Assembly (NCBI GenBank): GCA_035518115.1
Contig: DATIXY010000084.1
Span: forward strand, 1,865 to 65,864
Direction: 5' to 3'
DNA: 64,000 nt
Source of the DNA: Gaiellaceae bacterium
GTDB taxonomy: Bacteria > Actinomycetota > Thermoleophilia > Gaiellales > Gaiellaceae
The notes under the pieces are model-generated. The model was not told where the DNA came from, did not search any database, and worked only from the letters and a program-made list of their open reading frames with translations. Position numbers and translations under genes: made by a program. How positions within the stretch are numbered: position 1 is the first letter of the stretch; every line of letters starts with the position of its first letter. Below, piece after piece: positions 58,709 through 64,000 of this stretch.

Positions 58709-60988
58709 CTACCGGAAGAGCTGGTAGGGGACGCTCGAGAGGATCACGTGCGGCTCGAAGAGGAGCAGCCGCTTCACGTAGATCGCCCGCTGGTTGTGCA
58801 GGACGCGGGACCACCCGCGCACGACGATCTCCGGCATCACGACGTTGACCACGGTCTCCGGGTCGGCCGTCAGCTCGCGGATGTACGCCAGGAGCGGCGT
58901 CCCGACGTCGCGGTACGGGGCGTCGCTCAGGTCGAGCGGCATCATGACGCCCGTCTGCGTCCAGCGGTCGGCGAGCTGGTCGGCCTCGGCGCTGTCGAAC
59001 GCGAACGACACGGCGCGGGTGTCCTCGATCCCCAGGGAGTCGGCGTAGGTCAGCGCGCGCAGCGAGCCGGCGTGGATGTCCGAGATCAGGACGCGCACGG
59101 CGAGACGGCTCGGGGTGACGCCCTCCGGCCCGCGCCGCTGCGACACCACCGGGACGTCGGCGATCACCGTCCCCGGCTCGGAGAGGAGCCGCAGCTTGAG
59201 CCGGAACGAGGTGCGCGTCGCGGCCCGCAGCAGCGAGCGGCCGCGGAACTGCTCCGGGACGACCACGGTGACGAAGTCGGACTCGCTGCGAGGAAGGCTC
59301 CACACCTCCTCGAGCACCGCCTGCGTCCGGCCTTCGTCGGTCGCGAGCCGCTCCAGCTTCGGCCCCGACGGCGCGTAGTCGAACCAGCGCGGCCTGATCG
59401 CCGAATCGGTGTGCCTGCCCGGCGTGAGCACCGCGCGGATCGACTGGTTGTCTGCGATCTGGCGCGAGTACCAGAGCGCGCCCTCGGTGGCGACGTCGAG
59501 TGACTCGACCCACAGGAGCACGTGATTCGTCGCCGGACCGGCGGCGCGGATGGCACCCACCCCGGCCGCCAGCCGGCGGGCGAAGCGCCGGTAGTGGCGG
59601 TTGATCCCGACGAACGCGAGCACGAACAGCGGGATCGCGACGATCACGAGCCACGCACCCTCGGTGAACTTCGTCCAGATCACGACCAGCGTGACGAGCC
59701 CCGTGGCCGCCGACCCGACACCATTGAGGGCGGCGCGGTAGCGCCAGCCGGGGTCGCGCGTCCGCAGCCAGTAACGGACCATCCCGGCCTGCGACAGCGT
59801 GAACGCGCTGAACACCCCGATCACGTAGAGGTGGATCAGCGAGTCGACGCTCGCGTTGTAGATGATCAGCAGTGTCGACGCGATCGCGGCCAGCACGATG
59901 ATCCCGTTCGAGAACACGAGCCGGTCGCCGAGGTTCGTGAACTGGCGGGCGAAGAAGCGGTCACGCGCGAGCAGCGCCGCGAGCCGGGGGAAGCCCTGGA
60001 ACGACGTGTTGGCAGCAAGCACCAGGACGGCGAGCGTGAGGATCTGGACCGCCCAGTACATGAAGGCGCTCCACGAGCCCGAGGGGAAGACGCCTCGGGC
60101 CAGCTGCGAGAGCACCGACGGCGTGCCCGAGTCGGCGGGAATCGCGTTCATGTGCACGGCGAGCCACGACACGCCGACGAACATCACGATCGCGATCGTC
60201 CCGAGCGTCGCCAGCGTCTTCGCGGCGTTGCGCCCGTGCGGCCGGCGGAAAGCGTTGACGCCGTTAGCGATCGCCTCGACTCCCGTGAGCGCCGTCGATC
60301 CGGACGCGAACGCGCGCAGGACCACGAACAGCGTGACGGCGCCGGTGCCGGCCGCGATCGGGTGCGGGACGACCGCCTGCGGGCAGCCGGAGGTCGCGCA
60401 CTTCGTCACTCCCGTTCCGATCAGCACGAGGATCGCCGTCACGAACGCGTACGTCGGCAGGGCGAAGAGCACGCCCGCCTCCTTGACCCCGCGCAGGTTC
60501 GCGAGCGTGATCAGCACGACGCAGATCAGCGACAGGCCGAGCTCGTGGCCGCGCAGCGCGCTCACCGCCGAAGTGAGGGCGAGAACCCCGGCGGCGACGG
60601 AGACGGCGACCGTGAGGATGTAGTCGGTCAAGAGCGCCGCCGCCGCGACCAGGCTCGGCACGCGGCCCAGGTTCTCCTTGGCGACGATGTAGGCGCCGCC
60701 CGACGTCTCGTAGGCAAGCACCGTCTGCCGGTACGAGGCGATGACGATCGCGAGCAGCAGCGCGATGCCGAGCGAGATCGGGAACACGAGGTGCGCGGCA
60801 CCGGCCGAGGCGCCGACCAGGACCACGAGAGCCGCCTCGGTCGCGTAGGCGACGGACGAGAGCGGATCCGACGCGAAGATCGGGAGCGCGAGCCACTTCG
60901 GGAGCAGCGTCTCCTCCATCTGGTCGGACGCCATCGCAGGCCCGACGACGAAGCGACGGAGGCGCGGCCTGCCTGCCTGGGTTGTCAC
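58709..60988 (-). CDS. KimA (YdaO)-like APC-superfamily potassium/proton symporter with large cytoplasmic C-terminal domain
   Basis: 759 aa. LPIFASDPLSSVAYATEAAL, SYRQTVLAYETSGGAYIVAKENLG, LLTDYILTVAVSVAAG and ANTSFQGFPRLAALLARDRF match conserved blocks of Bacillus KimA as I recall them. About 300 aa of soluble C-terminus follow. The GTG start overlaps the upstream stop (GTGA). Confidence 0.8.
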   Translation of the reverse strand: MTTQAGRPRLRRFVVGPAMASDQMEETLLPKWLALPIFASDPLSSVAYATEAALVVLVGASAGAAHLVFPISLGIALLLAIVIASYRQTVLAYETSGGAYIVAKENLGRVPSLVAAAALLTDYILTVAVSVAAGVLALTSAVSALRGHELGLSLICVVLITLANLRGVKEAGVLFALPTYAFVTAILVLIGTGVTKCATSGCPQAVVPHPIAAGTGAVTLFVVLRAFASGSTALTGVEAIANGVNAFRRPHGRNAAKTLATLGTIAIVMFVGVSWLAVHMNAIPADSGTPSVLSQLARGVFPSGSWSAFMYWAVQILTLAVLVLAANTSFQGFPRLAALLARDRFFARQFTNLGDRLVFSNGIIVLAAIASTLLIIYNASVDSLIHLYVIGVFSAFTLSQAGMVRYWLRTRDPGWRYRAALNGVGSAATGLVTLVVIWTKFTEGAWLVIVAIPLFVLAFVGINRHYRRFARRLAAGVGAIRAAGPATNHVLLWVESLDVATEGALWYSRQIADNQSIRAVLTPGRHTDSAIRPRWFDYAPSGPKLERLATDEGRTQAVLEEVWSLPRSESDFVTVVVPEQFRGRSLLRAATRTSFRLKLRLLSEPGTVIADVPVVSQRRGPEGVTPSRLAVRVLISDIHAGSLRALTYADSLGIEDTRAVSFAFDSAEADQLADRWTQTGVMMPLDLSDAPYRDVGTPLLAYIRELTADPETVVNVVMPEIVVRGWSRVLHNQRAIYVKRLLLFEPHVILSSVPYQLFR

Positions 60989-61434
60989 GTCGTCTTTCGT
61001 CGCTCGAGTGCCGTCAGCGCACGCTCCGCTTCACGGCGGGCAGCGTCCGCGCGGGCGCGGTCGTAGAGCGGGCTGTGGGAGTCGGTGACGAGCCGGTCGG
61101 CGAGCAGGACGCCGCGCGGCAGCACGTGCACGTCGAGGTCGGCGAGCCGGCTCGCGAGCGCGAGCAACTGGGAACGCGCCGAGCGCACCGCGACGCGGTT
61201 GAGCGGCGAGGCGCCGGGGAGCCGCGTCCCGTCCGCCTCGTGCACGACGTCCGTCAGCCCGCGCGACACGCCGAGGCGGTACTCGGGAGCGACCAGCTCG
61301 CGCACGCGCCACGCGAGCCGCGGCGACGGCAGCACCGAGGCGATCAGCTCCTCGTCCGCGGCGCGCCGCTCTGCCTGGAGCGCGCGGCGCTTCTGGAGCT
61401 CGCGCACCGGTTGCAGGACGCGAATCGAGACCAT
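60985..61434 (-). CDS. hypothetical protein (149 aa, no recognisable family)
   Basis: ATG start at 61434. The strong GC3 bias is consistent with coding. It is translationally coupled (GTGA) to the kimA-like gene. No SD was seen upstream. Confidence 0.55.
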   Translation of the reverse strand: MVSIRVLQPVRELQKRRALQAERRAADEELIASVLPSPRLAWRVRELVAPEYRLGVSRGLTDVVHEADGTRLPGASPLNRVAVRSARSQLLALASRLADLDVHVLPRGVLLADRLVTDSHSPLYDRARADAARREAERALTALERRKTT

Positions 61435-61501
61435 GCGCCCACGGTAGGAGGCGCCGTCTCAACCGCGACTGAGGATTGGCCGGCCCCGCCTCAAGGACTC
61501 C

Positions 61502-62182
61502 TCAAAGGACGAGGCGGTACCCGGCGCCGGGCTCCGTCAGCAGGTGGCGCGGAGCCGACGGATCGGGCTCGATCTTACGGCGGAGCTGGGAGACGTAGAC
61601 GTGCAGGTAGTTCGACTCGTCGCCGTACGCAGGCCCCCAGACCTCGCGCAGGATCGTACGGTGCGTCAGCAGCTTGCCCGGGTTGGTGGCGAGCAGCCGA
61701 AGGATCCCGAGCTCGTGCGGCGTCAGGTGCACGAGCTTGCCCGACACCTCGACCGACTGCTTCTCGAGATCGAGCCTGACGTCGCCGAACACGATCACCG
61801 GATCGCCGCCCGTCGAGGACCGCCGCAGAGCGGCGCGCAGGCGGGCGAGCAACTCGCCGATCGCGAACGGCTTCGTCACGTAGTCGTCGGCGCCGGCGTC
61901 GAGCGCCGCGATCTTCTCGTCCTCGTCGCCGACCGCGGAGACGACGATGATCGGCGCGGTGCTCCACTGGCGAAGCTCGCGGCACACCTCGGTGCCCCTG
62001 CCGTCCGGCAGGACGAGGTCGAGGATCACCGCGTCCGGTGAGTTGAGCCCGGCGGCCGTGATCGCGTCGCCCGCGCTCGTAACCGCTTCCACTTCGTAGC
62101 CGGCGCCGCGGAGGTTGGTCGCGAGCGCGCGCAGGAACTGCGGCTCGTCGTCGACGACGAGCACCCGCGGGCCGCCCGTCAC
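61502..62182 (-). CDS. kdpE: OmpR-family response regulator KdpE
   Basis: The GTG at 62182 (GTGA overlap with the kinase stop) gives VLVVDDEPQFLRAL...LDLVLPDGRG...LRQWSTAPIIVVSAVGDEDEKIAALDAGADDYVTKPFAIGELLARLRAALRR, the KdpE hallmark region. A winged-helix output domain follows (YLHVYVSQLRRKIE). Confidence 0.9.
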   Translation of the reverse strand: MTGGPRVLVVDDEPQFLRALATNLRGAGYEVEAVTSAGDAITAAGLNSPDAVILDLVLPDGRGTEVCRELRQWSTAPIIVVSAVGDEDEKIAALDAGADDYVTKPFAIGELLARLRAALRRSSTGGDPVIVFGDVRLDLEKQSVEVSGKLVHLTPHELGILRLLATNPGKLLTHRTILREVWGPAYGDESNYLHVYVSQLRRKIEPDPSAPRHLLTEPGAGYRLVL

Positions 62183-63435
62183 CGCAGCGCCTCCTTCGCG
62201 ACCCGCTCGGCCGGCAGCGTCAGGCTGGCGCACGTGCCGCCTCCGTCGCGTGGCGCGAGCGTGAGCGAGCCGCCGTTCGCGGTGGCGAACCCGCGGGCGA
62301 TCGCGAGCCCGAGGCCGGCCCCCCGGCCGGCCGCCCGCCCGCGCGAGAAGGGCTCGAGCAGGCTCTCCGCCTCGTCGGGCCGGATGCCCTCGCCGCGATC
62401 GTCCACGTCGATCGTCACGCCGCCTTCACCCTCCCGCGCCGACACCGACACGGGCGCGCCGGGGGGAGAGAACTTGAGCGCGTTCTCGATCAGGTTGACG
62501 AGCGCACGCTGCACCTGGGTCGCGTCGACGCGGGCGGCCGGCAGGTCGTCGCCGACGTGCACCTCGACCGAGCCGCGTCCGATCTCGTCGACGGCGAGCA
62601 TGACGAGGTCGCCGACGTCCCAGAGCTCGGGGTGCGGCACGGCGGCGTCGGCCTGAAGCCGCGACAGGTCGAGCAGGTTCTCGACGAGGCGGGTGAGTCG
62701 CGCGAGCTCGCTGCCGATGGCCTCGAACAGTTCGGCCCGGTCTTCGGAGGAGAGTTCGACCTCGGCGCTCGACAGCCCGCCCAAGGCCGCAGTCATCGTG
62801 GCGAGGGGCGTCCGGAAGTCGTGCGAGACGGACTGGATGATCGTCGTCTTGATGGCGTCCGAGCGCCGCAGCGCCTCGGCCTCGTGCGCCTGCTCCTCGA
62901 GCTGCTCCCGCTCCTCCGCGACCTCGAGCAGAGCTGCGAGCGCGGCGTCGAACCGCGTCCGCGCACGCTCGTCGGCGCCCTCCAGGACGATGTCGGAACG
63001 CGCTCGGATCTCGTCGACCGAGGCGTCCCGGTGCAGGAGCTCGGCGGCGGTGTCCGCGAGCAGCGCCGCCTCGCGCTCGCGCTGGCCGGCCTCTGCGGCG
63101 CGGCGGCGCGCCTGGGCAGCGAGCTGGCTCGCGATCACGGCACTCACGACGTACACCGCGAGCGCGGCCCAGTTCCGGCCGTCGGCGAGTGTCAGCGTGT
63201 GGACCGGAGCGAGGAAGAAGAAGTTGAACGCGAGCATCGACGCGATCGCGGCCCCGATGCCGTACGCCATTCCGTAGTAGGCGGCGACGATCAGGACCGC
63301 CGGCGTGTAGACGACGCCCAGGCTCAGCGTCGGCGCGACCGGGCGGAGCGCGTACACGATCCCGGTAGCTGCCGCGAGCACCACGATCGTGCCGACGATC
63401 GGCGGTACCGCGTCGACCGTAGAGCGAAGCCGCAC
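62179..63435 (-). CDS. kdpD: KdpD-like sensor histidine kinase, C-terminal half only (DUF4118 membrane domain + HisKA + HATPase_c)
   Basis: 418 aa. A 3-4 TM N-terminus (DUF4118-like), a coiled linker, the H-box SVSHDFRTPLATM, the N-box LVNLIENALKFS and the G-box GAGLGLAIARG. It lacks the N-terminal KdpD sensor and USP domains. Confidence 0.85.
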   Translation of the reverse strand: MRLRSTVDAVPPIVGTIVVLAAATGIVYALRPVAPTLSLGVVYTPAVLIVAAYYGMAYGIGAAIASMLAFNFFFLAPVHTLTLADGRNWAALAVYVVSAVIASQLAAQARRRAAEAGQREREAALLADTAAELLHRDASVDEIRARSDIVLEGADERARTRFDAALAALLEVAEEREQLEEQAHEAEALRRSDAIKTTIIQSVSHDFRTPLATMTAALGGLSSAEVELSSEDRAELFEAIGSELARLTRLVENLLDLSRLQADAAVPHPELWDVGDLVMLAVDEIGRGSVEVHVGDDLPAARVDATQVQRALVNLIENALKFSPPGAPVSVSAREGEGGVTIDVDDRGEGIRPDEAESLLEPFSRGRAAGRGAGLGLAIARGFATANGGSLTLAPRDGGGTCASLTLPAERVAKEALR

Positions 63436-63633
63436 GGCGCAACGCTACCTCCGTCAGGCTGCGTCACCGTTCGCAGCTAAACTTGTCCGCCATGGCAACT
63501 GCGCACGGAGGTGAGCCGGTGGTCCCTGGCAGTACAGGGCGAAAACACGTGTGTGCGCGCGCGACGCTGTCTGGGCGCTTCTAGCGTCTTGTAGTCGTCT
63601 GCGTGCGCGGGCGGCTACTGGCTCAGACAGGTG

Positions 63634-64000
63634 ATGCAGAGGTGGAACATCTTCGGGGGCCGGCGCCTGCGACGGCGCCCGGTCCTTCGCGGCCGTCGTC
63701 TGGTCGTCGGCGTGCAGCTGCCGCAGCTGGCGTTCCTGGCGGTGCTGGGCCCGGGCCTCGTGAGCGGCTTTGCCGACAACGACGCCGGCGGGATCACGAC
63801 CTACTCGGTGGTGGGAGCACAGTTCGGCTATGCGCTCTTGTGGGTCGTGCTCGCGAGCATGATCGCGCTGTTCGTGACGCAGGAGATCGGTGCGCGGCTG
63901 GGCCTTGCGACCGGGCGCGGGCTGCTCGACCTGGTGCGGGAAGGGTTCGGGATCCGCTGGGCGGCACTGGCGATCGCGACGATGCTGCTTGCGAACCTGG
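63634..64000 (+). CDS. Nramp (SLC11)-related divalent cation transporter, N-terminal fragment (3' end outside window)
   Basis: The frame is open from the ATG at 63634 (or GTG at 63631) to the window end: ...LAFLAVLGPGLVSGFADNDAGGITTYSVVGAQFGYALLWVVLASMIALFVTQEIGARLGLATGRGL. This aligns with the Nramp TM1-TM2 region (GPG....D-P-G-N....GA.FGY.LLW). It is absent from the ORF track because no stop lies in the window. Confidence 0.8.
   Translation, partial: MQRWNIFGGRRLRRRPVLRGRRLVVGVQLPQLAFLAVLGPGLVSGFADNDAGGITTYSVVGAQFGYALLWVVLASMIALFVTQEIGARLGLATGRGLLDLVREGFGIRWAALAIATMLLANL

Noticed and set aside
58676-59503. 275-aa plus-strand ORF preceded by an SD-like GGAGGAAG
   Set aside because: It is antisense to the KimA-like C-terminal domain and its translation is R/D/H/G-rich junk. 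The SD-like string is part of the palindrome-containing intergenic region.
61435-61501. Looked for a c-di-AMP (ydaO/kimA-type) riboswitch upstream of the kimA-like gene and of kdpD (also 63436-63633, minus strand)
   Set aside because: The 67-bp gap is too short. I could not find the paired ACGGGG/CCCA-type conserved segments in either leader. A cmscan run (ydaO-yuaA model) is needed to be certain.
1-64000. Scan for CRISPR arrays, IS elements and transposases, integrases, and tRNA/rRNA genes
   Set aside because: I saw no direct-repeat/spacer periodicity. No transposase- or integrase-like translations appear among credible ORFs. None of the few intergenic regions longer than 100 bp shows a tRNA-like cloverleaf or rRNA-like segment.

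Overview
Very GC-rich bacterial chromosomal DNA (by eye roughly 70% or more; not computed). It looks like Actinomycetota, but I cannot assign a taxon. Coding density is very high, most genes lie on the minus strand, and GTG/TTG starts are common. Many neighbouring genes share 4-nt stop/start overlaps (ATGA, GTGA, TTGA and, unusually, CTGA). Because of the GC content the ORF track holds many long spurious ORFs, either antisense or out of frame, with R/A/G/P-rich translations. I kept only ORFs with family-like sequence and re-derived starts from the DNA.

Content, left to right:
1. 356-17941: an aromatic-acid catabolic supercluster. It holds acetoacetyl-CoA synthetase, two Zn-ADHs, a GMC oxidoreductase with its small subunit, a Liv/HAAT-type ABC importer, benzoylformate-decarboxylase-like MdlC, protocatechuate 3,4-dioxygenase PcaHG, an orphan CoA-transferase A subunit, an amidohydrolase-2, an ALDH and a VOC protein.
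2. 17938-24920: housekeeping genes. MarR with a DHA2 MFS pump, an MBL hydrolase, a GT51 transglycosylase, an APC permease and a WYL/YafY regulator.
3. 24904-38050: a non-PTS glycoside locus. It has a GH4 6-phospho-beta-glucosidase, an Opp/Dpp-type ABC importer with a fused permease-ATPase, three sugar-kinase/SIS genes and two ROK regulators.
4. 38496-45203: an ABC-2 exporter, a CAP-domain protein, an Eis-like GNAT, pcrA and a CinA-like protein.
5. 45458-50312: a cobalamin-riboswitch-controlled six-gene ECF transporter operon. It encodes two DUF4430 (transcobalamin-like beta domain) proteins and a secreted prenyltransferase-like alpha/alpha-toroid protein. This is my top candidate for a novel system.
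6. 50571-53554: an MprF-like synthase coupled to a secreted beta-propeller protein.
7. 53573-63435: a K+-homeostasis supercluster. It holds TrkA x2, two APC-USP fusion permeases separated by a 54-aa membrane micro-protein, a KimA-like K+ symporter, an unknown 149-aa protein, kdpE and a truncated kdpD, with no kdpFABC or trkH in view.
8. 63634-64000: a partial Nramp-related transporter with a DAGG motif in place of DPGN.

I saw no rRNA, tRNA, CRISPR array or obvious mobile element.
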